A stretch of DNA of 64,000 bases from Ptychomitrium polyphyllum (lineage: Eukaryota): assembly GCA_973851085.1 (NCBI GenBank), contig OZ316775.1, forward strand, positions 15,066,001 to 15,130,000, read 5' to 3'. The notes beneath the pieces were generated by a model that saw only the letters and a program-made list of their open reading frames with translations, made no database searches and was not told the DNA's origin. The position numbers and the translations under genes were made by a program. Positions 1 through 11,300 of this stretch are shown piece after piece. Position 1 is the first letter of the stretch, and every line of letters starts with the position of its first letter.

Positions 1-306
1 ATAGATTGACGCTCCACTTTCACTTCGATATCCAGAAGAGTGTAGCACAGACAGACTTGGAGAGTCAAGTTTTACCACCTCTAGTGCCAAGTTGACAAAT
101 CAGTTACTTGCCGCTCTGTAGAAAAACTGTGCTTCCCTTTGTCCTGATGTCTGATGCGGCTTGTTTGATTGCCGTGCGGCTTGGAGATCAGTGAATATTG
201 TCAGCGTTTACGGATTCGATTTACAGAGGTTCCACAAGGAAGAACCAGGACACTGATTGTGGAGAGACATTCGTGTACTGGTAAGGCATTCTCTAGAGTT
301 GATGTG

Positions 307-2643
307 ATGGCGAAGCCCCGAGCAGCATTCAGCTCGCCACTTCCACCAATAGTTGCACTATGCTTTGTAGTATGGCTGGAAGCAATTCTGGGTTCTGCGA
401 TCTTGCCGCCAAACAGCGCCAAGATCACCTACATCGTTCACATGGAGAGAAATTCCTCCCACACAGATATCTCCACCAAAGCAGCCTGGTACAGAGAATT
501 GTTGCGCAGAGCAAAACCCGAAATACATGAGGAATTGGATGAGGGTGACCTCCATCATGTATACCACCATGCCTTGAACGGATTCTCTGCAACCCTCACA
601 GTTCAACAGGCAGCTTTTTTACAAACATCGCCCCAAGTTCTCCAACTGCAACCAGACAGGATACATACTGTAGGTCATACAACACATACTCCTGAGTTTT
701 TGGGTTTGGCCACCAAGGATGGGCACTTATGGCCAGAAAGTAATTATGGAAATGACGTGATCATAGGCCTTGTGGATGGTGGGGTGTGGCCTGAACGTCT
801 CAGTTTTGGTGACCAGGGTCTCGGACCTATCCCAGCACGTTGGAAAGGGAAATGCGAGTCAGGCACAAACTTCAGTACATCAGAGAACTGCAATCGCAAG
901 CTCATAGGTGCCCGAGCGTTCTACAAGGGTTTTGAGGCGCAACATGGACCCATCAATGAATCAGCTGGAGAGTATAAGTCGCCAAGAGATGGAGTTGGTC
1001 ATGGTACACACACCGCGTCCACAGCTGCCGGTAGATGGTCATACAGGGCAAGCATCTCTCATACCTTAGGACAAGGCACCGCTCGAGGTATGGCGCCCAA
1101 GGCACGTCTTGCAATTTATAAGGCTCTCTGGAACGGTATAGGTGCTGAATCCGACATCCTTGCAGCTATAGACAGGGCTGTGGCTGACGGCGTAGATGTG
1201 CTTTCATTGTCACTGGGTGTTCCAGTCGACCCCAACAATGGGGAAACGTTTCCAGAGCTTTTCCAAGATATGAAAACCATCGCTTCTTATGGTGCTATGA
1301 AGAAAGGAGTCTTCGTTTCTTTCTCAACTGGAAATTACGGCCCTCTACCTGGATCAGTTACAAATGTGGCACCCTGGATGACTTCCGTTGGAGCAACCAC
1401 CACAGATAGGATTTTCTCGGCTGACGTGATTCTGGGCAACGAAACCCTGGTGATCCGTGGTGAGTCCGTAAACACGAAAGGTTTGGGTAGCACGCCACTC
1501 ATCTTTGGAGGGCATGCTGCAATCGACACAAATAGCACAGAGCTTGCGAGCTTCTGCCAGTTTGGCTCCCTAAATCCAACTTTAGTGAAGGGGAAGATTG
1601 TGCTATGCTATACTTCTTCCGTAAATCCTACTAATGCGATTCTTAAGGCGGGAGGCTTTGGTATCATCCTAGCCACTGTACCTTCACTTGGAGAAGAGTT
1701 GTTTGTGACTAGGTTGCATGTGTTACCAACCATAAACGTGGGAAATGCAGAGGGGAGCATAATCATAGAATACATCAACTCAACAAACGCTCCCCATGCT
1801 CAGCTTCGACTTCCAGCGCAGACTCGGTACGACAGGAAGCCTGCTCCTGCTGTCGCAGCCTTCTCCTCAAGAGGGCCTAGTATAAGGTACCCTTTCAATG
1901 TGATTAAGCCAGACATTTTAGCGCCTGGTGTGGATATCATTGCAGCAGGCATACGAGAACTGCAATTCCAGTTGTTTTCTGGAACCAGTATGGCATGCCC
2001 GCATGTCAGCGGCCTAGCTGCTCTGCTGAAGGCTGCGCATCCAACGTGGAGCCCAGCTGCCATTCGCTCAGCGATGATGACCACGGCAACCACAAAGGAC
2101 AGCAACAACGCCACCATTACAGTCCTGGAGAATGGCCGAAGTGGTCATCCCTTTGACTTTGGCTCTGGGCTTGTGCAGCCAGAGCGGGCCACCGACCCAG
2201 GGTTGGTGTACGACCTCGCTCTGGATGACTACCTGAACTATTTGTGCATGTTGCAGTACCCGGCGCACATCATTCGCGTTTTTGACGTCGACGCACCTGC
2301 TTGCCCTCCTACGCCAATCCGTCGGGAAGATTTTAACTATCCATCCTTCTTGGTCAAATTACCGACATCCCCTGGAATTTCTATCAATACCAGTAGGACG
2401 CTCACCAATGTCGGGCCGGGTCACTCAACCTATGTCGCCTCCATCGTCAAAGTTGAGAATATCACCATAACCGTGCACCCACCTACCCTGGCCTTCAACG
2501 ACATGGATGAGAAGAAAAGTTTCACGCTGACCATCTTATTCAATGGCTCGACTGAGACCGGAGCTCGCTTCGTGAATTCTATAACATGGTCAGATGGAGT
2601 TCACACAGTGCAAAGTCCAATTGTGCTGACGTACGTCCCATAA
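307..2643 (+). CDS. Subtilisin-like serine protease (plant subtilase, S8A; signal peptide, I9 prodomain, PA domain, Fn3-like C-terminus), intronless, ~778 aa
   Basis: First ATG of the 169..2643 ORF is at 307 (MAKPRAAF). A hydrophobic signal segment follows, then the prodomain (TYIVHM, YHHALNGFSA), the maturation site HTTHTPEFLGL and catalytic motifs IIGLVDGGVWPE (Asp), GHGTHTASTAAG (His) and SGTSMACPHVSG (Ser). Confidence 0.95.
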   Translation: MAKPRAAFSSPLPPIVALCFVVWLEAILGSAILPPNSAKITYIVHMERNSSHTDISTKAAWYRELLRRAKPEIHEELDEGDLHHVYHHALNGFSATLTVQQAAFLQTSPQVLQLQPDRIHTVGHTTHTPEFLGLATKDGHLWPESNYGNDVIIGLVDGGVWPERLSFGDQGLGPIPARWKGKCESGTNFSTSENCNRKLIGARAFYKGFEAQHGPINESAGEYKSPRDGVGHGTHTASTAAGRWSYRASISHTLGQGTARGMAPKARLAIYKALWNGIGAESDILAAIDRAVADGVDVLSLSLGVPVDPNNGETFPELFQDMKTIASYGAMKKGVFVSFSTGNYGPLPGSVTNVAPWMTSVGATTTDRIFSADVILGNETLVIRGESVNTKGLGSTPLIFGGHAAIDTNSTELASFCQFGSLNPTLVKGKIVLCYTSSVNPTNAILKAGGFGIILATVPSLGEELFVTRLHVLPTINVGNAEGSIIIEYINSTNAPHAQLRLPAQTRYDRKPAPAVAAFSSRGPSIRYPFNVIKPDILAPGVDIIAAGIRELQFQLFSGTSMACPHVSGLAALLKAAHPTWSPAAIRSAMMTTATTKDSNNATITVLENGRSGHPFDFGSGLVQPERATDPGLVYDLALDDYLNYLCMLQYPAHIIRVFDVDAPACPPTPIRREDFNYPSFLVKLPTSPGISINTSRTLTNVGPGHSTYVASIVKVENITITVHPPTLAFNDMDEKKSFTLTILFNGSTETGARFVNSITWSDGVHTVQSPIVLTYVP

Positions 2644-3106
2644 GCTCCCCATGTCAGACTGCTGTTGCAGCAGCATTGTGTACGCCCGCTTATGGCACAC
2701 AGCACGGACTTACCTCATCCGTGAACTCATTCCAATTTTCTGAAAAGCAGATAAATTCCAGTAAGTGCCTGTAGAGTTAGTTGCAGTTGCATGGAACAGA
2801 AGTACATTCCACTGTTGCCACTGACATGTTAATGTAAAAAATATAGTCATCCATATCTCCTTCATTTCTTTATCGAATGGTGTAAATGAGGTGAAGATGA
2901 CCTACTGCAGACAGCGAGATAAATTTACAATGGAAGTAACTGTGAATCAGCGATACCAGAGAAAACCTAAATAGTCGTCAACCTGGAGCCACGCGTCAGT
3001 TACATGCCCACCTACTAAACATGTCTACAAGAACACCATATTCCCTAAACTTCCAGGATCGATTGATTCCCCACATCTCTCAACCTCCCCACGACACGGA
3101 ACTCCT

Positions 3107-4480
3107 TCAACTACCCCTGGCAAGCATCGCGCTCTCATCTTCCGCCCTCATTGCCTTGCCGTTGTCCGAGCTCTTGGAAGGGGCTGGTTGAGGGGGCGGA
3201 TACTTGGACAGTTGGATAGTTGCTCTTTGGTATTCCAGAGCAGCGATGGACCGGTCCATCTGGCGCATCAACACGTCGGGATCAGGGGGCTGCGGGAAAT
3301 GTTTGTTCGCCTTGCTACTATCATTGTTGCTTCTGAAGCCCAGCATCGTCATCCAGCCCTCCTTCTGCTGCAATTCACCTGCAAAACTCGCGACTGAGTG
3401 CCTTTCACCGAGCATACCGCAACTGCCTGCCTCCCTACACACTCTGATTCGTGCAGACGCTCCTCGTTACTATCACCATTACGTACATCCGAACAAGCAA
3501 GAAATCCATCCCCTGTCAATGCTCGTTTATGTAATTGGTGATGCCCTGGGCACACACACAGAAGTATGTCCACATTGAGTTCAGATTTTGTCGGCAGGCG
3601 GCGTTATGAACTGAATCACACCTCAGAGCAGGGCAATCTTTCGACCCTATAAACGGCATTCCGTCAACAACTGCTTGTCACCCCATGTTTGACGCAAGGT
3701 AAGGTGAAAATCAATTACCCTCTGTTGGAACCTATTCAAAAAGTAAGACCTCCACAGCTTCACATCTCTATCGTCCGTCGCTAAACCGTAAACGAGAAGT
3801 GAAACTGCTATCAACCACTTTCATATTTCCATAACTTAAGAACTAGGCACATTCTTGGTGGCATAAACCCTATATCTAAGACAGTCCCTAAAACCCCCAG
3901 CTAGCCCTATTTCTAAATTCTAATCCATTCATAAACTTTCACTACATCACAAAGCAACAATCCCAATACCCTATGACCAATACATAAAAGAGAAACTCTG
4001 CCATTCCCACGAGTCAAGAAATGAGCCGAGTTTTCCTACAAACGGAGTTAAAATCGCGATAATTCCTTGCTCCGGAAACGAACACCTCGTCACACAAACG
4101 GGAGAGACAATATATGCCAATTGTGAATTATACCAAATTCGAGTAGCTCAGGGATCTCACCTCGGAAAACCTCGCCAGCGAATTTGTAAGCAGCTCGTAG
4201 CAGAAGCTCCGACTCCTTCACCCTACTGCAGATTCTCTCGTACACCCTCCCATACGCACCATATCTGCAACAGATAGAGTCCACATTTCACCAAGGTTCT
4301 GAATAAGGTGCCCATTTTCCTCGCCTTACAGTGGCCAATGCCTCAAATCGAAGAACCCCTCAATCCAGTCCTAAGTTCGCAACAAGATCACAGAACCCTT
4401 AAGATGAGTCTCATGTTTCTTAAGCGTTACGCCTCGGTCGTCAGTCTTGCTGCTATTCTGATACTCCACAGCTGATGCAT
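3107..4480 (-). CDS. Uncharacterised protein, 141 aa, 3 exons (4480-4431, 4264-4161, 3378-3107)
   Basis: GT-AG junctions join in phase (50+104+272=426 nt) to give MHQLWSIRIAARLTTEAYGAYGRVYERICSRVKESELLLRAAYKFAGEVFRGELQQKEGW...LARGS*. No family recognised. Confidence 0.65.
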
Positions 4481-4837
4481 TCAACAGTCGGCTTAGCCTT
4501 ATAGAGTCTCTTGCAGCCTACTTATCCAAGCTCTCGTGATCTCGTGATGACAAACAACCATCATGCAGCTTCGTGCAGGAAAATGAACATGAAACTTGAC
4601 GACCAGAGGGCTGGTGAAGAACGAGACCTGAAACTTGTCGATGGATGAACGAGAGACGGACAGAACACAACACTGTTCCTTGTTGCGGAGTTCTCTCTCT
4701 GTTTCAGGCTTATCCAATAAATCGCAAGGAGCACAAGGCCTCGCGGATTAATCGTCTGGAACTCCCTCGTGACTTCAATTCAAACGCTTCTGGGTGCGAG
4801 TTGCAGCAATTTTGCGAATTCCGGAGCATCTCGCACA

Positions 4838-6091
4838 ATGGCAGCTATGGCAGCAGGGAGCCAAGCGCTGGGCCTGTCTACCACCTTCGCGTCGCTGTCC
4901 GTGCAAGAGCCGCACAAGAAATTGGGCAGCTCCCTGTCGCCGTCGAGCTCCCTTGCCCTGCGTTGCAATGCGTTGAAGATGCGCGTGGCGGTCGGAAAGA
5001 CGACCGCGGTGGCGTCCCCCGTGGTGAGAGCCGCCATGGCCGAAGCTGCGGAGCTCGAAAGCCCCGAGATGGAGGAGAGGCGCTCCCTGAAGGCCTGGGT
5101 GAAGCAGCAGCTGCCTGGCGGATTCGCCGCCGCGCGCTTGATTGGCACCGGCAGGCGAAAGACCGCCGTGGCCCGCGTCGTGCTCGTCGAAGGCACCGGC
5201 AAGATTGTCATCAACAACCGCACCGCTCAGGTTTGACATCCGTTTCTCCATATCTTTCCCTTTTCCTGATCTTCCCCTCATTCCCACACTACCTCAGTTC
5301 AAATTCCTCATCGCTGCTCACATTCCTCACAGGAAGAGAACCGAATCCCGCAATTGGTACAGAATTGTCCGTCGTTCTCACAAACTCTCCATGCCATTCT
5401 GTCATTGCTACTTCCCTATCTTCCTCCATCAGGGTTTATGTGACTCTCTCAGGGTTTAGATCGTTATGAGTCATAATGCTGAATCAAATTTAGGTCACAT
5501 CATATTTCTATGCTCCTCGACGACATCGATGTCCGCTCTTTTAGAATTCAGAATCCTCACTGGGTCTTTCACATTGCACATAACTATCTGGGGTATTTGT
5601 GGAAAATGTGCACAAGGATATGGTGCCGAAGCACTGTAGTATGTAAGTACTGACAAATGGATATGTGCATTGTATAGAATTATCTGTTGCATAAGAGTGT
5701 ATAGGATTGTATAGGACTATCTGTTGTATGGATTGTGTTATGGGCTGTTGCGGTAGTAGTACCTCAGCACTGATAAATGGATGTATGGGTTGCATATGCA
5801 CAGAACTACCTGCAGGGTAACCCACTGTGGCTCCAGTCTGTGAAGTACCCTCTGGCGAGCCTGGGCTACGAGGCAAAGTACGACGTCATAGTGAGAGTCG
5901 AGGGCGGAGGCTTGTCAGCACAAGCGCAGGCCATCTTGTTGGGAGTTGCGAGGGCCTTGCTTGTGGCCAACCAGGCGAACAGGGATCCGTTGAAGAAGCA
6001 GGGCTTGTTGACACGGGACTCGCGTATTGTGGAGCGGAAGAAGTATGGGCTCAAGAAGGCTCGTAAGGCGCCCCAATACTCCAAGCGTTAG
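4838..6091 (+). CDS. RPS9: Plastid 30S ribosomal protein S9 (uS9c) precursor, 2 exons (4838-5230, 5804-6091), 226 aa
   Basis: Ser/Ala-rich transit peptide; uS9 motifs [23 protein letters not shown] and [27 protein letters not shown]; phase-0 GT-AG intron. Confidence 0.96.
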
Positions 6092-7459
6092 TTTTTGTTC
6101 CTTCTCTCTGGAGTTGACGACGGTGTGGCTGTTGCCATCATTTAGATTGAGATTGAACAGTGTTATTGCACCCTTTTTGTAATAGTTTTAGGTTCAATTG
6201 ATGCTCAAATTTTTCTTCAGTCTCTCTTATCTGCGTCCACCGAAAAAGACGAATGTGCGAAGTCCATTTAGTCTTCGTGCTACTTGTATGATAAAGTTAA
6301 CCTCATTTGTTCTGAATGCTCCAGATATTACAGAAAAGCAACAATTATCGATTGTGCATTGGCCATTGACATGAATAAAAATAGAAGTGAAATTCTTTGA
6401 TTCTGACTGCCTTATGTTACTGGAAATCTGCAAGCCTTTGCATTCTAGTGATGTTCTGAGTATTGTGTAAGAGGAAGATTCAGCGACGCGAAGGAGGTCC
6501 CCAGTTCCACTTTTTCCACTGCAATCAGGGTGGAGGCAGAGTGTCACATATACAATGAATCAGTCGCATTGACCAAACATGGTTGTTTCTAATACATCCT
6601 TTACTTCATGGCAACTGTAGAAGGATGGCAGTAAAATTGTAGAAACCTAAAGGTATACCTTCAATGCAAAAAGATAGGATGAGCCATCATTAACAGTTGA
6701 TGAAGAACTTCTCAAGTGTGATTCCGACTTGCTACTTCACGAGGTCCGCCTATGATTCGTAATGGAACACATCTTTCAGTCGGGTTTGTTGCGGAATTAG
6801 TGTGTAATAGACACGCTTTGGAGAAGGAGTTTACGGGTAGACTGTCGCAAGTTGCTCTTGCAGTCATTGACTACTCTTTCAACAATTGGCTTACGATCAT
6901 GCCTCTTCACCGTCTAATTTCCGAATGTGCCGGTTTTGCCTCAGAGTTCTCATGTAAGCGATGTTTGGCCATCTCACTGAAAGATTCGGAAAACTGTACA
7001 GTTGAAACCCTCGATCATTTGCACAAGAGCAGATCCAGGAGGGAGTGCAAACGTGCTAGAATTCTTCGCTTGTATTTCTGCTATTGGCCGATTGGTGACG
7101 ATACTCAACTTTTTCAAGGGCTTCCAAGCACATGGACTGCAGAGCCAAACAAGTTTGTTCAGTGACGGTATCTTAAGTGCAATTCCCATTGCAAGCCCGA
7201 GTAGGAAAGATAGTTCCATAGATAAGAAATTCAATGGTTATGTCGGGAACACAGCAGCGTTGGATTCCGTGGAAGGATCAGAATGTGCAGAAGCCACTGT
7301 GAACGTGGGCCCAGATCATGAGATACACGAGTCCAACCTTCCAGAACAATCCTCCAGAGCTCCATCGTCTACATCATGGTACCACTCTGCACGCATTCAA
7401 GATATGAATGAGAAGATAGGCAAGTTCAGCACCAAGGTTGGGAAGATTTGCGGAAGTTG

Positions 7460-7985
7460 ATTGATCACCTACGACGCAAAACAAGAACCGAGGCGCTCCC
7501 TTCTCTTCCAACATAGCCTTGACTCTCACGTATCGTATTGCAAAACAGATGAACCAGTTGCATGGGCAACGTCCACCAATTTGGCACAATGACCTCAAAA
7601 CAATCAATGTACTTGTAGAAGGTTGGATCGTAGAACCATTACTGGATAAGTATGGAATTTACAAAGTATTTGTGGCTGATTTGAGTGCTCGGTGGGGGTG
7701 ATGGGAATTGGCTTTTGAAGAGCACCCAAGATTTTCCAACAATTGGAGGACAAAATTCCAAAACTTCTCACCAGCAAGTGAGATGTACAATTTTTATGTA
7801 GCTATATAGCTAAGGCGTGACTTGCTATGAGCTCATAATTGGCCACCCTCTATTTTAAGGTCATCCTTATAAGTATGACATGATTTTGTATGGACATAGA
7901 TCATAGTTGCTAACTGATTCAGAGCCTTTATGAATGCTTATCCCTTAAACGGGCCAAGTTTTGAAGTTTATATAAAAATATAGAG
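7460..7985 (+). pseudogene. Decayed protein kinase fragment (TKL/Raf-like, C-lobe)
   Basis: Reads GAPFSSNIALTLTYRIAKQMNQLH-GQRPPIWHNDLKTINVLV (HRDLKxxN-like) and KVFVADL (DFG region). Broken DVYNF, TCYELIIGHPLF and GPSFEV segments follow, with stops and frameshifts. Confidence 0.7.
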
Positions 7986-8361
7986 TAATTCTTTGGTGCC
8001 CAATCCAAAAACCAAAATAACACTTTAAAACATCTATAATAAACTTGTATACAACACCGCCCTTCCCTAAAGTTTCTAGTGATTCATTTGAATCTAACTA
8101 GATGTAAAATGAGCACTTTGATCCCAATGGACACTCAGGGGTTAATGATGATTCAGTTAAGATTTCCTTTTTCAAAAAGTTGTGATGCAGCTGTTACATG
8201 ATACTTTTGATCAATCCAGGAGAGTCTTGAAAAAATTGTTAGGTCAATGAACTTCAAAGCAGAAGAACTCCTGCCGTATTTGTAGTCATACAGTCAGGAA
8301 GAGACTGCAAAATGATTGGCGGCAAGTTTTCGGCATCATAAAGTTGCAGTACGAGGAGCAG

Positions 8362-11300
8362 TCAAACAACTTCCCAGATATCGATCTGCACGAAAGTCAA
8401 GGCAAAATGAAAGCTCTCTGTATGGCAAGAGAAATCGTCGCTATTATTCTGTGTTGCACAACGGGACAGACGACATGAAGCAAGTAATCCACTGCACACA
8501 CTCAAAGCATGGAATCGAGAAAGGCATGAAGAGGATTTGCAGATGTAACTACTGTAGTACACCAACTCAAATGAGTTAAACAATATCACTATGTAAAACT
8601 CTGCAACCTTGCGAAAAATGGGCAAAAGTAAGAATCTGCAATTAATATGTTCACAGCGAAACAACGGAACCCCGCATCTCCATATGGTCCTTTGAATTCT
8701 GACCTAACCCATTTTGTACAGGTGCAATGAGCCCTACAGAGTCGTCTTCATCTTCCCCTAAAATGTAGCCTTGACGAAAACTGCCTTGTGCAGTGTATAA
8801 CTGCTGGCCCCTGTAAACCAACTTCAAAACCGTGAAAACCAGGCAATGCTACATATCTACAAGAAATAATAAATAATACACAGACACACGGAGTGTATCC
8901 TCTGAATCAAACTACACCACTTGTCCTCTTTAATCCAAGACACACTAACTATTTACTCAAGGCTACAACGTTTACAGAAGGCAAATGTTGTTACTAAGAC
9001 ATCGATACTACTCATGTAGGAAAATGTCCACATACATACTTGGTAAAAATACTCAACTTGCATAAAAAGAAATAGCCATTATAAAACAATCAGTATGTCT
9101 CGAACTCAAGAGGATAAAGTGGTGGTGGCATAGGAGAAAATAAACCCACACGAAAGTAAAAACAACAGTGAATTAAATAAATGATCTGCAAACAGTGATT
9201 AATAGCTATTTAATCAGAAATTTCTCACTAATCAGTTGATTACCTGATCCAAAAGTCGTGCATCTCTATGTAGCCGCATATGAAGGCCAGGGTTAGAGCC
9301 CATGCAACAACAGACCACTCCAACGTCTTCACATGCTCAAATGCATCTCGTGTTCCTAACTGAGCTACTCCTGTAAAAAGAGTTATAAATCCTAATAGAA
9401 GAATCACCCGCCCCATATATCTGCTCATGCAAACAAGATCATATCAGGTGACCGCAAAAACTCCAAAATCATATTGATATCAACAGAAGTGGATGAACTG
9501 AGGTATATTGCAAATTATGCATACAGATGAAAGTACTGCCAGATTGTCCGAATAACTCCCCGATCCTTTTGAGGCCGTGCGAAGCCACCAGCTGTCTGTA
9601 AGCAGATTATAACCACACATGCAGCACCAAGTTTCGTGTGTATGTTGTGGAACATCAGCCTGCACAATTAGTGGTGAAAACCAGTGTGAGACTACATAAA
9701 ATACCAAAACAAAGTTAAATGCAATCAAATTGAATCTTTGTCAAAAACAAGAAAGCTAATAAAATCGAAACTGTATTAAACGAAGTGCAGGTAACAAGTT
9801 GGAAGCTTACCCTTGTAGTTCCGCAACTGCAAACAGTAGTCCGAGAAATGTGACAAAAATTCCTGAAGTCTGTGCATAGATATGAATACTGCAATAGCAA
9901 CAGCCAACATATCTCAGTATAAGAGAATTTTCCTAACAAAGTAATCACAATAATCACAGGTTGTGACAATGCAGGAGCACATTAAATATAGCATTCAAAA
10001 CAACAGTACAGGAACAGAACATGACGTTCAAAGTCCATTGTCGAAAATGAATCACAGTTCCACCAGCATGCTCAAAATAGTTTTTAAATATCATAGCGTA
10101 CCAATAAAACCAATAAAAATAGTAAATTGATCATGTCAAAGGATAACCCACCGCATCCACCCATCTTGATTTATGTGCTTGAAATATCTAGCAACCATGG
10201 CACCGCCTGGGAAAAACAAACCCCAAGCAAAAAACATCATAAAACCATGCACCTGCAGCATCACCAAGTTTCTCATATCAGTTATAGCAGTCTCGAAAGA
10301 TCCTATTGAGCGTGATTTATACAACGCACAAATAAAAATCAAAATATCCGTAATAGAACAAGAAAAAACCTCAATTGAAGTATGTATAATATATGCAGAA
10401 CAACATGTGACACAGGAATTTGACATAGTCATTCACAAGGATTCGCAGCATGAGAAAGTACCGCTAGAACTGGTTGCAACTCCTCCACCTTGGCAGCGCC
10501 AGCCGCCAGATATATCAAAGTTGGAGTTGTGCTAACCATAGTATGTATGTTTCCATTTGTCAAATTATCTACAACCATAGAAAACCATGTACAAAATCAT
10601 CAGCACAATTCAGCGGAAGCATAACATGCTTGGCCACGCCAACTCTATCTAGTCATAAGTTATTAAAAACTTACAGAAGCCAATGTTCTTATCTAGCAAA
10701 TTGATTTACAATGTAAAATATTATAGTCACTTTCTCTTCATCTTTCTTACTGCTCGTGTTCCCAATTGCTATAGAAAGGATCCGATCCTTTGCATCGACA
10801 TTGCAAAAACAATTAACACGATCCTAAAAATGACATTGCTAGTTTCGTAACTTGCAAAGATTGCACAAAAAGCTAAAGAAGGCTGCAGAGACAAATGAAA
10901 CGCAAGACAAACATTCTCAATAAAAGGAAAATATGCATTTACAGATTAATGTCCGTACCTGACCATTCGTCACCCATAGCCCAGACCATTTTCAGACCAT
11001 TTGTCGGATCAATCACATTTTTGCACTCTTGTCCCGTTTGGCAATCTGGTTGCAGTGGCCTGCTAAATTCAAAAGTAATAACACCATCTATTCGTTCACA
11101 CTTTCTATTAGAAAGCACCTCATTGGTAGTGTGGATGCCAGATGCATCCTTGTCCGTAATCCAGTATGTTCCAATGTGTCCATTTCCTTCACTATCTATC
11201 CATGCTACATAGGCGAAGGAGTTCAGCATGCCACTGCATTTTCAATGCAACATAACATAAGTTAAGAAGATCTTGGAAATGAATATTGGTGACCATGAGA

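Noticed and set aside
169..306. N-terminal extension of the subtilase ORF
   Set aside because: Starts at TTG; the first ATG (307) directly precedes the signal peptide.
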